64,000 nucleotides of DNA, taken from positions 510,464 to 574,463 of the forward strand of contig CAWBKW010000002.1 of the NCBI GenBank assembly GCA_963789515.1. The letters are read 5' to 3'. The position numbers and the translations under genes were made by a program. This DNA is from an uncultured Coriobacteriia bacterium. Its GTDB lineage: Bacteria; Actinomycetota; Coriobacteriia; Anaerosomatales; JAAXUF01. Shown here piece by piece: positions 18,986 to 29,492 of the stretch; within the stretch, counting starts at the first letter, position 1; the number at the start of each line of letters is the position of its first letter. The notes beneath the pieces are model-generated. The model did not search any database and was not told the origin of the DNA. It saw only the letters and a list, made by a program, of their open reading frames with translations.

Positions 18986-19691
18986 CGCCGCCTAGGAGTC
19001 GGCTCGGCGAACGGGTGGCTTCTCGCGCCAGAGCGACCAGGAGTGCGAGACCAACGTGAACGAACTGGCGGCCGCGGTGGACGAACCCCTTGAGGTTTCG
19101 CCCCGTCGCTGAGTGGGACATCGTAGTGGGTACCTCGACCAGGCTGAACCCGGCGCGCAGAGCCCGAATGGTGAGACCCACTTCCACGCCATACCCCGCC
19201 GAGAATGGGCGGACCGTCGCGAGGCACGATCGCGTGAGCGCGCGTTGTCCGGACAGGGGCGCCCGGGCATCGAAGTCGCCGCCGAGCCGCTCGATCCCGA
19301 AGCGCGCGAGCCGCTTCACGAGGCCGAACCCGGCCTTACCTGCCGGCTGGGGGAACGTGGCGATCGCCATGTCGGCGGCGCCCGCGAGCAGGGGAGCGGT
19401 CAGGAGCGCGCCTTGCGCGGCGCTGGCGCCAAGGTCGCCGTCGAGCAGGAGCACGATGTCGGCGTCCTCGACGCGCTTCGCTCCGAACTCGAGCGCCGCG
19501 CCTTTGCCGTGGGAGCCGAGCAGCCGCACGACCTTGGCGCCGGCCTTCTCGGCGAGCTGGTCCGTGTCGTCCTCGGAGCCGTCGTCGATGACGATGACGC
19601 GCGTGACACCCGGGATGGTGAGCGCCGCCGCGACGGTCGCGGCGATCGAACCGGCCTCGTCGCGCGCCGGGATGAGGACTGCGATGTTCAC
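18909..19691 (-). CDS. family 2 glycosyltransferase (polyprenyl-phosphate sugar synthase / GpgS-like)
   Basis: MNIAVLIPARDEAGSIAATV…VIVIDDGSEDDTDQLAEKAGAKVVRL…DADIVLLLDGDL matches the GT2 DxD/DDGS pattern. The C-terminal ~60 aa of the ORF look out of frame and overlap the convergent steB-like gene. Confidence 0.65.
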   Translation of the reverse strand: MNIAVLIPARDEAGSIAATVAAALTIPGVTRVIVIDDGSEDDTDQLAEKAGAKVVRLLGSHGKGAALEFGAKRVEDADIVLLLDGDLGASAAQGALLTAPLLAGAADMAIATFPQPAGKAGFGLVKRLARFGIERLGGDFDARAPLSGQRALTRSCLATVRPFSAGYGVEVGLTIRALRAGFSLVEVPTTMSHSATGRNLKGFVHRGRQFVHVGLALLVALAREATRSPSRLLGGARAPEPADTSPWRWSRRCRTPARLR

Positions 19692-19693
19692 GG

Positions 19694-21271
19694 CTACTCA
19701 CCGTCCCTGGTGCGGGATCGGGCGGCGAGACGCTTGAATCCGTCGATCGCCACGGATACCTCGCGTACCCCGAGGAGCCGGCCGAGGGTGATGGCGAGCG
19801 CCAGCCCCACGAACCCGCCCGCGGCGACCTGAACGAGCGAGCCCGCGACGCCCCCGACGACCGGCGCGAGCGCGAGCGCGATCGCCCATGCCGCAGCGGC
19901 CGCGACGACGGAGGCCAGGAGCATGCGGCCGAACACCGACCCGACCCCACGCAGGTCGTAGCCGCCGATACGCCGGCGCAGGAGTATCGCGAGCGTGACG
20001 GAGCTCAGCGTGAAGAAGACCACGTCGGCGATGGGCATGCCGTTGATGCCGATGCCGGGCCACGCGCCGATGCCGGTCGAGAGCACCACGTACAGGCCGA
20101 TCTGGACGACCGTGAGCGCGATGTTGACGAGCATGGGGGTGCGCGTGTCCTTGAGCGAGTAGAACGTCCGGAGCAGGAACATGGTGCTCGCGTAGAAGAT
20201 CAGTCCGCAGGCCCACCAACGCAGGGCCCCCACGACGAGCGGCACGTCGGACGCCTTGAACGCGCCGACGCGGTACAGCGAGACGAGGGGGGTCGCCAGG
20301 GCGATCAGCAGCGCGGATGTCGGAAGCATCAGGACGCCCGTAGTCCGCAGCCCTCGCAGGAACGTCGACTTGAACTCCTCGGTGTCCTGACGTCCGGCCG
20401 CGTCCGCGAGCTCGGTGAAGACGGCCGTGGCCAGGGCGACGGCGAGGATGCCGTAGGGGAGCTGGTAGAAGATCCACGCGTAGGTGAGGATCGACGGGCC
20501 GGTCGGCGAGACAGCGAATGCCGACGCGTTGCGAAAGGAGACCGCTACCAGATTCGTCACGACGTAGATGACGGTCGGCACCGCAAGCCACAGCATCCGG
20601 CGCAGCGCCGGGTCTTCGAGGCCGAGCCCCCAGCTGTGGCGCCAGCCGGTCTTGAGCAGAGCGGGAACCTGCACGGCGAACATGACGAGCACCGCCAGTG
20701 TCGTCCCGGCGGCCAAGACCACCAGCGAGAGGCCGAAGTCCCCCCGCAGCGCGACGAACGCGATCATCGTCGCGATCGCCACAAGGTTGTTGAAGATCGG
20801 GCCGACCGCGGGCCAGAAGTACTTGCGCTGCGAGTTGAGCACCGCCGAGATGACCGACCCGGCGCCGTACAGCACGACCTGGATCGCGAAGAACTTGAAG
20901 AAGAACGTCGCTTCGGGCACCACCAGAGACGCCTGATCGGCGGGCATGCGGAACGTCTGCGTCCAGACGAACGGTGCGGGGAACAGCGTGCCGATGATCC
21001 CGACGACGCCCAGAACGAGAACGGTCAGGTTGAAGACATGGCTGGTGAATCGCCAGGCGGTCTCCTCGTCCTTGGTCTCGCGCAGCTCCATGAACGTCGG
21101 GATGAACAGCGAGGAGATGATCCCGCCCGCGGCGAGCTCGAAGATCATGTTGGGGATGTTGTTCGCCACCGTGTAGGCGGACATCAGGCCGGTGGCGCCC
21201 AGCGCAAAGGCGGTCGCCCACATACGCAGGAAGCCGCTGACGCGCGACAGCGTCGTCGCGGTCGACATCAT
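19694..21271 (-). CDS. murJ: lipid II flippase MurJ (MviN)
   Basis: …LSRVSGFLRMWATAFALGATGLMSAYTVANNIPNMIFELAAGG… with about 14 TM helices over the full length. ATG (MM) start at 21271/21268. The TTG at 21376 would add a 35-aa N-terminal extension. Confidence 0.85.
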   Translation of the reverse strand: MMSTATTLSRVSGFLRMWATAFALGATGLMSAYTVANNIPNMIFELAAGGIISSLFIPTFMELRETKDEETAWRFTSHVFNLTVLVLGVVGIIGTLFPAPFVWTQTFRMPADQASLVVPEATFFFKFFAIQVVLYGAGSVISAVLNSQRKYFWPAVGPIFNNLVAIATMIAFVALRGDFGLSLVVLAAGTTLAVLVMFAVQVPALLKTGWRHSWGLGLEDPALRRMLWLAVPTVIYVVTNLVAVSFRNASAFAVSPTGPSILTYAWIFYQLPYGILAVALATAVFTELADAAGRQDTEEFKSTFLRGLRTTGVLMLPTSALLIALATPLVSLYRVGAFKASDVPLVVGALRWWACGLIFYASTMFLLRTFYSLKDTRTPMLVNIALTVVQIGLYVVLSTGIGAWPGIGINGMPIADVVFFTLSSVTLAILLRRRIGGYDLRGVGSVFGRMLLASVVAAAAAWAIALALAPVVGGVAGSLVQVAAGGFVGLALAITLGRLLGVREVSVAIDGFKRLAARSRTRDGE

Positions 21272-21600
21272 CGCGGCCGATCGTGCGATGGAGGGTTTGC
21301 TGATGGCGGAGTCCTTCTTCTGATCCTGCCGGGCCGAGGTCGCGGCGCTCCATGCTGCCTCAGGGTGCCGCGACAAGTGTACCGAAACCTCGTCGAATCA
21401 CGTTGTCGGGCCGCCAACGAAGCGCAACGAACCGGCCGTTCTCGCACCGTCGCAGTTGGGCCCGCCCGTTTTCGGTATACTCGGCACGGGCGCTGACGCC
21501 CGGTATGCGCGGTTCCGCGCACTCCGCACACACCATCCCCCGAAGTGTCGAACCAGCGAACAAGGGCTTCATCGTGCCCGGCGGCTGGCTGGAGTGGTGC

Positions 21601-23919
21601 ATGAAGCGTGCTTGGCCGATAGCCGTGCTGGTCGCCATGTTGGCCGTGGCCGGTCTGTCCGACGCGTCACCCGCGTTCGCCTCCGCGTCACCGGTGGCCC
21701 CTCGAATCGAGCACGTCACGATCGTGCTTGCGCCCTACCTCACCTGGTCCGATGTCACCCCCACGTCGACTCCGAACCTCTGGCGCATGGCCGAGAAGGG
21801 CGCGATCGGTGCCGTCAACTCGCGGAGTCGTGTGCGCGAGCCGGGTCAGCCGGCATCGCCGGTCGAGGGTGCCTTGGGGCTCTCGGCGGGCGCTTGGGCC
21901 CAACCCGACTTCCTGGCCATGGCCGCCTACAACGCGACCGAGACCGTGGAAGCATCCGAGACGGCGCAGGCCGTCTATCGCCGTGTGTTCGGCGCCGGGA
22001 TGGACGGTGCCCAGATCGGGTATCTGGGACTGCCGGCCACACAGCAGCTGCAGGGCGGGTCGTCGTCGGGCGCAGTCCTCGGTTCGCTGGGTCAGGCCGT
22101 CCTCGATGCCAACGGCCTGACCGCCGCCGTCGGGAACTCCGACGCCGGGGTGTCCGGCGGTCAGGCGGGGAGATCGCGGCCTGCGGCGGTCACCGCGATG
22201 GACCTCGTCGGGCTGGTGCGCTACGGGGACGTGTCGGCCGACCTCCTCAAGAACACGCCCCGTGCGCCGTACGGCGTCTCGACTGACCTGGTGAGGTTCG
22301 AGCGGGTATTCGGCCGTGCCGACGCGTACGCGAGGGGCCACCGGGGACCGTCGCTCGTCGTCCTCGACGCGGGCGACCCCACGCGAGCCCGGCGCTTCGC
22401 GAGTCAGGTCACGCCGGAGGTGCAACGCGCGCAGTGGCGTTCCGCCCTCGGCACCCTCGATGCGGTGGTCGGCATGGCCGAGAAGCGCCGCGGGCCGGAC
22501 GGCATGGTCATCGTCGTGTCCCAGTCGCTCTATCCATCGGCCGACGGTCTGCCCGGCGGACTCGGGGCCGCGATCGTGTCCGGGCAGGGATGGACCGGGT
22601 ATCTGACCTCGTCGTCAACGCACCGGACCGGTGTGGTGACCAACATCGACGTCACCGCCACAGCGCTCGATGCCCTCGGCATCAACCGGCCGGTCTCCGT
22701 GCTCGGCGATCCGATGGAGCCGGCTTCCGGGCCCGTGGCGCTCGAGGCACGGGTCGCGCGGCTTGGCAGGATGAGCGCGGCGGCAGTCGCGATCGAGTCG
22801 CCCAAGCCGAGTGTCCTCAACGGCTTCATCGTGCTGGTGGTCATGGTGCTCGCCTTGTCCGCGGTGCTGCTCGGCCTGCCGCGCTCGTGGCATGGTCGGG
22901 CTCTGCCGCGGTTCGCCCGCGGACTCCAGGCGCTCCTGCTTCTGACGCTCTCGGTTCCGCTCGCCAGCTGGCTCATGTTCTTGGTGACACCGTTGCCTGC
23001 GACGCCTGGGATCGCGGTGGCGTCGCTTGTGGGGACCACCGCGGTGGTCTGGCTCGCGTCACTGCTCTCGTGGTGGCGCCTGCCCCTCCGCGTGCCGGTG
23101 GCGGGACTGGGGCTGTCGCTGGTCGCGCTGCTTGTCGCCGAGCAGCTGTTCGGCGCGCCCCTCTCGTTCGCCGGGTTCTTCAGCTACTCGCCGCTTCTCG
23201 CTGCGCGCTTCTACGGGATGGGTAACGAGGCGGCGGCATTGATCTTCGGCGCGTCGATCGTGGGGGCGGCCCTACTCTTCGACCAGTGGCCCGACTCGCG
23301 CTTCAGTGTGCTCGGACGCAGATGGGGTCTTCCGGTGCTCGGAATCGCGGTAGTCGGCGTGGCTGCCGCGCCGTTCCTCGGAGCCAACGTCGGTGTCGCG
23401 GTGTGGGCGTTGGCGGGATTCGCCTGCGCATGGATGCTCATGAACGGACGCAGGATCGGCGTGGGAAGCGTCTTGGCCATCGTGGCGCTCACGGTGGTGG
23501 TGCTGGCCGTCTTCTCGGCGATCGACCTGCTGGGCGGTGGCGAGCAGACGCATCTCGGACGCGCACTGGCAAGCGCCGGCCAGGGCGGGATCTCGCAGCT
23601 GTGGGCGATCGTCGCGCGCAAGGCCGAGACCAACCTCCGGGTGCTGACCTCGACGAACTGGTCGTGGATCCTGGCCGCCACACTCGCCTTCCTGGGCTGG
23701 GCGCGCTTCCGGCCCGGCGGCGACTTCGAGGCCCTTGCCGCTGAGAACCCGAACTACATCGCAGCGATCGTGGCTACGCTGGTCGGCGGGGCACTCGCCT
23801 TGATGACGGAGGACTCAGGAATCGTCATTCCGTCGCTGATCATGCTCTACACCGGCACCGGACTCGCCTGGCTCGCGCTTGGGCGTCTTGGAAGCGCCGA
23901 CCCCGGGGAGACCACGTGA
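21601..23919 (+). CDS. large exported, polytopic membrane protein of unknown function (N-terminal extracytoplasmic domain plus more than 10 C-terminal TM helices)
   Basis: MKRAWPIAVLVAMLAVAG… is a signal peptide. A ~400-aa soluble domain is followed by a long hydrophobic C-terminal half. It is divergent from murJ. Confidence 0.5.
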   Translation: MKRAWPIAVLVAMLAVAGLSDASPAFASASPVAPRIEHVTIVLAPYLTWSDVTPTSTPNLWRMAEKGAIGAVNSRSRVREPGQPASPVEGALGLSAGAWAQPDFLAMAAYNATETVEASETAQAVYRRVFGAGMDGAQIGYLGLPATQQLQGGSSSGAVLGSLGQAVLDANGLTAAVGNSDAGVSGGQAGRSRPAAVTAMDLVGLVRYGDVSADLLKNTPRAPYGVSTDLVRFERVFGRADAYARGHRGPSLVVLDAGDPTRARRFASQVTPEVQRAQWRSALGTLDAVVGMAEKRRGPDGMVIVVSQSLYPSADGLPGGLGAAIVSGQGWTGYLTSSSTHRTGVVTNIDVTATALDALGINRPVSVLGDPMEPASGPVALEARVARLGRMSAAAVAIESPKPSVLNGFIVLVVMVLALSAVLLGLPRSWHGRALPRFARGLQALLLLTLSVPLASWLMFLVTPLPATPGIAVASLVGTTAVVWLASLLSWWRLPLRVPVAGLGLSLVALLVAEQLFGAPLSFAGFFSYSPLLAARFYGMGNEAAALIFGASIVGAALLFDQWPDSRFSVLGRRWGLPVLGIAVVGVAAAPFLGANVGVAVWALAGFACAWMLMNGRRIGVGSVLAIVALTVVVLAVFSAIDLLGGGEQTHLGRALASAGQGGISQLWAIVARKAETNLRVLTSTNWSWILAATLAFLGWARFRPGGDFEALAAENPNYIAAIVATLVGGALALMTEDSGIVIPSLIMLYTGTGLAWLALGRLGSADPGETT

Positions 23920-24941
23920 GCGATGCGTCCGCGTACGCCGTGACGCTCGCGTCGGTGCTTGCGGGCGCTGCGATCGTCCCCTGGCTCGCGATGCGCGCGC
24001 TCGTCCCGACCCTGGAGGCATCAGGTCGCGGTCTTGTGGCGAACTACCGAGGCCGCCGGGTCGTGGTCGGGCTCGGCATCGTGTGGCTGGTGTGGGCCCT
24101 CGGGCTCATGGCGGTGGGGCTCATCGCGTCTTTGTACGCTGGGATCTCGTCGGCACAGGGGCTGCCGGTTCCCGTTCTCGTGTTCGGCGTCGAACAGCTA
24201 CCGTACCTGCTCGTGCTGGGGGCCTTCGCGCTCGGCATGGTCGACGACTCATTGGGATCCTCGGCCGACAAAGGGTTTCGCGGCCATCTCTCCGCGCTTC
24301 GGCGCGGTCGCCTGACCACCGGCGCGCTCAAGCTGCTCGGCATCGGAGTGCTGGCCGCCGTTTCGGTCACGCCGGCGTTCGGTGCGGTTGGCGCTCCGCT
24401 CTGGCGCACGTTGGGCCTGTGGGCGCTGCAGGTACTGGCAATCGCCCTGACCGCGAACCTGCTCAATCTGATGGACCTCCGCCCCGGACGGGCGCTCAAG
24501 TCCTATGCGTTGCTGGCTGTCACGGCGTGCGTCCTCATCGGCGTCTCATCGGTCTGGTCCGTGGTGCCCTTCTTCCTGGTTGTCTCCCTCGGCCCGGTCG
24601 TCGCGGTGTGGGGTTTCGACCTGAAGGAGCGCGGTATGCTCGGCGACGCCGGCGCGAACGCGGCGGGAGTCATGGCGGGCTGGCTGCTTGTTGTCGCGCT
24701 TTCTGCCTGGTGGTGGGCTCTGGCGGCCTATGTGCTCTTCGCGTTCGCGATGAACATCGCCTCGGAGAAGACCTCGTTCTCGGCGGTGATCTCCGGGACA
24801 CCTGTGCTCAGGTGGCTCGATGCTCTCGGCATGCATGCGGGGCAACCGGAAGTCGCCGCCGACTCCCACCACGTGACCTCAGGGCCAGAAATGAGCGACG
24901 AAGTGAAAACTCGCACCCCATCTGAAACTCGCGACCGCTAG
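23916..24941 (+). CDS. polytopic membrane protein, MraY/WecA-like (polyprenyl-phosphate HexNAc-1-P transferase family-like, possibly degenerate)
   Basis: About 10 predicted TM segments. …[16 protein letters not shown]… and …[12 protein letters not shown]… resemble the MraY/WecA DDxxD and NxxNxxDGxDGL regions only loosely. GTG start overlapping the upstream stop. Confidence 0.4.
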   Translation: MSDASAYAVTLASVLAGAAIVPWLAMRALVPTLEASGRGLVANYRGRRVVVGLGIVWLVWALGLMAVGLIASLYAGISSAQGLPVPVLVFGVEQLPYLLVLGAFALGMVDDSLGSSADKGFRGHLSALRRGRLTTGALKLLGIGVLAAVSVTPAFGAVGAPLWRTLGLWALQVLAIALTANLLNLMDLRPGRALKSYALLAVTACVLIGVSSVWSVVPFFLVVSLGPVVAVWGFDLKERGMLGDAGANAAGVMAGWLLVVALSAWWWALAAYVLFAFAMNIASEKTSFSAVISGTPVLRWLDALGMHAGQPEVAADSHHVTSGPEMSDEVKTRTPSETRDR

Positions 24942-25000
24942 AATCGGAAGCGGCCGCATCAAGACATCGTCGGCACCGAGAGGGAGTTGGACTAAGACTC

Positions 25001-26618
25001 ATGGCGACAAAGCACATCTTCGTGACCGGGGGCGTCGTATCCTCGCTCGGCAAGGGCATCACCGCAGCATCGCTCGGTCGCCTGCTCAAGGCCCGCGGGC
25101 TCAAGGTGACCATCCAGAAGCTCGACCCCTACCTCAACGTCGACCCCGGCACCATGAGCCCGTTTCAGCACGGCGAGGTCTTCGTGACCGACGACGGCGC
25201 CGAGACCGATCTGGACCTGGGCCACTACGAGCGCTTCATCGACGAGTCCCTGACCCGCGACTGCAACGTCACCGCTGGTTCGGTCTACCAAACGCTCATC
25301 GGCCGAGAGCGCCGCGGCGACTTCCTCGGCGGTACCGTGCAGGTCATCCCGCACGTCACCAACGAGATCAAGGACCGCATGAACCGCCTCGCCGAGCAGA
25401 CGCAGCCCGACGTCATCCTCACCGAGGTCGGCGGCACCGTCGGCGACATCGAGTCGCTGCCGTTCCTCGAGGCCATCCGCCAGATGCGCAAGGACAAGGG
25501 CCGCGACAACGTCTGCTACATCCACGTGACACTCGTGCCGTGGATCGCTGCGTCGAGCGAACTGAAGACCAAGCCGACGCAGCACTCGGTCAAGGAGTTG
25601 CGCTCGCATCGGCATTCAGCCCGACTTCATCGTGTGCCGCTCGGATCGCCCCATCGACGTGGGCATCCGCCGCAAGATCGGCCTGTTCTGCGACGTCGAC
25701 CCCGGTGCGGTCATCTCGGCGATCGACGCGCGCAGCATCTACGACGTGCCACGAAACCTCGCGGCGCAGGGGCTCGATGAGATGGTCATCGAGCGGCTGA
25801 ACCTGGAGTGCGGGCAGCCCGACATGACCGAGTGGGACGCGTTCGTGGCGCATTCGGCATCGCTCGCCGACGAGGTCAACATCGCGCTGGTCGGCAAGTA
25901 CGTTGCGTTGCCCGACGCGTATCTCTCCGTGAACGAGGCCCTCGACCACGCCGGCATCTTCCACGACCACAAGGTCAACGTGCAGTGGGTCGACGCCGAG
26001 TCCCTCACCCCCGAGGAGGTCGACCAGATCCTGTCCAAGATGGACGGCATCCTGGTTCCCGGGGGGTTCGGGATCCGGGGCATCGAAGGCAAGATCCGCG
26101 CTGCGTGCTACGCCCGCGAGAACCTGGTCCCGTACTTCGGCATCTGTCTGGGGATGCAGGTGGCGGTCGCCGAGTTCGCGCGCCACGTCGCCGACCTGCC
26201 CGGCGCCAACTCCGCCGAGTTCGACCCGGTCACCGAGCATCCCGTGGTCGACCTGATGCGCGACCAGCAGGACGTGCACGACATGGGGGGCTCCATGCGC
26301 CTGGGCACGTACCCGTGCAAGGTCGTCGAGGGCACCAAGGGCTACGAGGCATACGGCGAGGAGCTCATCTACGAGCGGCACCGCCACCGCTTCGAGGTCA
26401 ACAACGCGTACCGGGAGCGTCTGACCGAGGCGGGCCTGCTCATCAGCGGCCTGTCTCCCGACGGCAAGCTCGTCGAGATGGTCGAACTGCCCGACCACCC
26501 GTGGTTCCTCGGCAATCAGGGCCATCCCGAATTCAAGAGCCGCCCCACCCGGCCGGCACCGCTCTTCCGCGACTTCATCGGCGCGGCTGTGGCGTTCAAG
26601 AACGCCCGCCCGGAGTGA
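25001..26618 (+). CDS. pyrG: CTP synthase; one apparent frameshift near 25600
   Basis: [24 protein letters not shown]… is the synthetase domain. Frame-0 continuation …[17 protein letters not shown]…GHPEF… is the glutamine amidotransferase. The inserted nucleotide falls within …VKELRS[c]IGIQPDF…. Confidence 0.9.
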
Positions 26619-27746
26619 TGCGAGTGAACGCTGAGCGCCTCCTGGCGACCTTTCTGGACCTGGCGCGCATCGACAGCCCGACCGGTGCCGAGGGCGCGTG
26701 TGCTCGGTACTGCGCCGCCGCATTGACCGCCGCCGGCTGCGAGGTCAGGTTCGACGACAGCGCCGCTGCGACAGGCTCGGACACCGGTAATCTGATAGCG
26801 ATCCTACCGGGCAGCAAGTCGGGCACCCTCGCGCTGTCAGCGCACATGGACTGCGTCGAGCCGTGCCGCGGCGTGGAGCCGCTCGTCATCGACGGGCTGA
26901 TCAGTTCGGCAGGGGAGACCGTGCTCGGTGCCGACGACAAGGTCGGACTTGCCGTCGCGATCGAGGTCATCCGCAGCCTGGCCGACTCCGGCGAGGACGC
27001 CCCCACGGTTAAGGCCCTCTTCACGGTACAGGAGGAGGTCGGCCTTCGCGGGGCCAAGCAGCTGATCCCGAGCGATGCAGCGTGCGACGTATGCCTCGTG
27101 CTCGATGCCGACGGGACGCCGGGCGGCATCGTCGTGGGTGCGCCGACCCACTACACCTTCGAGGCGGAATTCATCGGCCGAGCGGCCCATGCGGGTGTTC
27201 AGCCGGAACGGGGAATCTCCGCGATCCGCATGGCTGCCGCCGCGATCGATCGGATGGAACTCGGGCGAATTGACCCGGGCACGACGGCGAACGTCGGCTC
27301 GATCCGATCCGACGGTGCCACCAACGTGATCGCCGCCCGTTGCACCCTGACCGGTGAGTGCCGCTCGCTGGACCGGGAGCGCGTCGAGGCGGTCCGTGAG
27401 GCGATGGACTCCGCGCTCACGAACGCCGCCACGGAGCACGGCGGCAGCGTCGGGGTCGAGTGGACCCGCGAGTACGAGGGGTTCTCGGCGAGTGAGGACG
27501 ACCCGGCGGTGCGGCTGGTCTCGGCGGCATGCGCGGATGTGGGCCTGACGCCCCGGCTCTACACGACCGGCGGCGGCTCCGACGCGAACGTGCTCGCCGC
27601 GATGGGTGTTGACACGCTTGCGCTCGGTTGCGGGATGAGCGGCGTCCACAGCACCGAAGAGCAGCTTTCGCGTAGCGGACATGGACGCGCTGGCGGTGCT
27701 GGTGCTCGCGGTCGCGCGGCGCATGGCCGCCGGCGACGTACGATGA
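26618..27746 (+). CDS. peptidase T-like M20 family metallopeptidase; apparent frameshift near 27667
   Basis: …SAHMDCVEP…GADDKVGLAVAIE…FTVQEEVGLRGAK… are M20/PepT-like motifs. The ATG overlaps the pyrG stop (TGATG). The true C-terminus …EEQLSVADMDALAVLVLAVARRMAAGDVR is in another frame, stopping at 27746. Confidence 0.7.
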
Positions 27747-28862
27747 GGCTCGTCTGGGGAACCGTTCTGTCCGTGTCGGCGGTCCACGCAGACGCCGAAG
27801 TGCTCGAGGTGGCCACGGATGACGGCAGACCTCCTTCGCGCGCGTTGAACTACCCCAGGCTGGCCGGATCCTGCAGCAGCAGGTGAGAGGGTCCTGCTCA
27901 ACACGACCGCCGTCGAACTCGAGCTTGGCACGGGCGGCACGCACTTCGTGGTGGCGCGGCTCGGAGAGGGGACCGGCGTTGCCCTCGACGCCCCCTCCGG
28001 CGGGCACGTCATGAAGCTGCGCTACACGCCTCTGCAGACCGATGTGGTTTCCGTCGAGTCGCCTGAGAGCCCCCATCACCAGGCCATGCTTGAAGCCGAG
28101 GACCTGGCCGGGATGCCGGTGGTCTGTTGCGGGCTCCATTCTCAGGTCCCGCTCGTGGCGGCGGCGATCAAACAGGTCGACCCGGACTGCCGCGTCGCCT
28201 ACTGCATGACCGACGGTGCCTCGCTTGCCCTGCCCCTCTCCGATGTCGTCCGAGCGAGCGTGGCTGCGGGTCTCATCGACTCCACGATCACCTGCGGGCA
28301 GGCCTTCGGCGGAGCGCACGAGGCGGTCAACCTGCACTCGGGGCTCCTCGCTGCACGCTACGTGGCCTCGGCGGGGGTCGCGATCGTCGCGATCGGTCCG
28401 GGAGTGGTCGGGACCGCCACGCCGTTCGGTCATGGCGGAGTGGCGCAAGGCGAGGCCGTCAACGCGGTTGCGGCCCTGCGTGGCATCCCGATTCTGGCGC
28501 TGCGGCTCTCGTTCGCCGACAGCCGAGACCGTCACCGCGTCGTGAGCCACCACACCATGAGCGCGCTGACCCGCGTCGCGCTGGCTCCGGCGCTCGTGGC
28601 AGTTCCCGAGCTTCCCGCACCGCAGGCCGAGCAGGTCGAGGTGGCCTTGGAGAACGGCGGCGTGTGGCAGCTTCACACGCGGTCGCAGGCGAAGCGCGGC
28701 GCCGAGTGTGCGCCGGACCTGCGAGGCGTGGAGGTCACCACGATGGGTCGCGGTCCGGCGGATGACCCGGCCTTCTTCGCCGCGGCCTTCGCTGCGGGAG
28801 TCACTGCCGTCAACGTCCGCCGGAGCCAGGCGGAAGCTGAAGACAGCTCAGAGCGCGACTGA
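27743..28862 (+). CDS. conserved hypothetical protein; apparent frameshift near 27890
   Basis: The ATG overlaps the upstream stop (ATGA). A coherent translation runs …GGHVMKLRYTPLQTDVVSVESPESPHHQAMLEAEDLAGMPVVCCGLHSQVPLVAAAIKQV…. I recognise no family motif with confidence. Confidence 0.45.
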
Positions 28863-28873
28863 AGGTAGCGTCC

Positions 28874-29492
28874 CTAGCGTACGGTCAGCGTAGAGGGCGA
28901 CGCGCCCTCCATCGTCACCTTGGTGTCCCCGGAGGTCGCAGTGGCGTAGTACGTGTACTCGCCCGACTTGCTGGGGGCCTTCGCGGTCGAGCGCCAGGTC
29001 TGGGTCGAGCCCGACGTGGACACCTTCTCCAGCGTGTATGTCTCGTCGTAGCTTCCCGACTTCGCCTTGATCCGCATCGTCACCGTCTCGGGTGACCCCT
29101 TCACCTTCGCCGTCATGGTGATCGTGTCGGACGCGTCCACGAGGTCCGGCTGTATCTCACGCGAGACGACAGTGAGCGATGCAGGCAGTCTCCGATGACG
29201 CCTTCTTCGCGTCGGCCTTCGCCGAGTCGATCTCTTCGGTCAGCTGCGCATTCGCCTCGACCAGCGCCGCCGCGGACGCCTCGGAGCTGGCGAGCCGGGT
29301 CTCGAGCGCCGCCACCTTGGCGTTGGCGTCGGAGACTTGGCCCGACAGTTCGGTCCGTGCGGCATCGATCTTCTTGGCGGCGGCCATCTGGCCGTAGAAG
29401 TACATGGCGAGCAGCCCGACGCACAGGCCGATGATCAGAGAGGCGATCACCCATCCCCAGAACCTGCTCTCCTGCATGCGCATGTACGCCAT
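28874..29492 (-). CDS. membrane-anchored coiled-coil protein with a C-terminal Thr/Ser-rich beta domain (two ORFs joined by an apparent frameshift near 29205)
   Basis: ATG 29492 with a GAGAGGGAGACC RBS. MAYMRMQESRFWGWVIASLIIGLCVGLLAMYFY is a TM helix. A heptad-like coiled coil (…AKKIDAARTELSGQVSDANAKVAALETRLASSEASAAALVEANAQLTEEIDSAKADAKKASSE) follows. The next frame continues …SLTVVSREIQPDLVDASDTITMTAKVKGSPETVTMRIKAKSG…LTVR. Confidence 0.4.
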
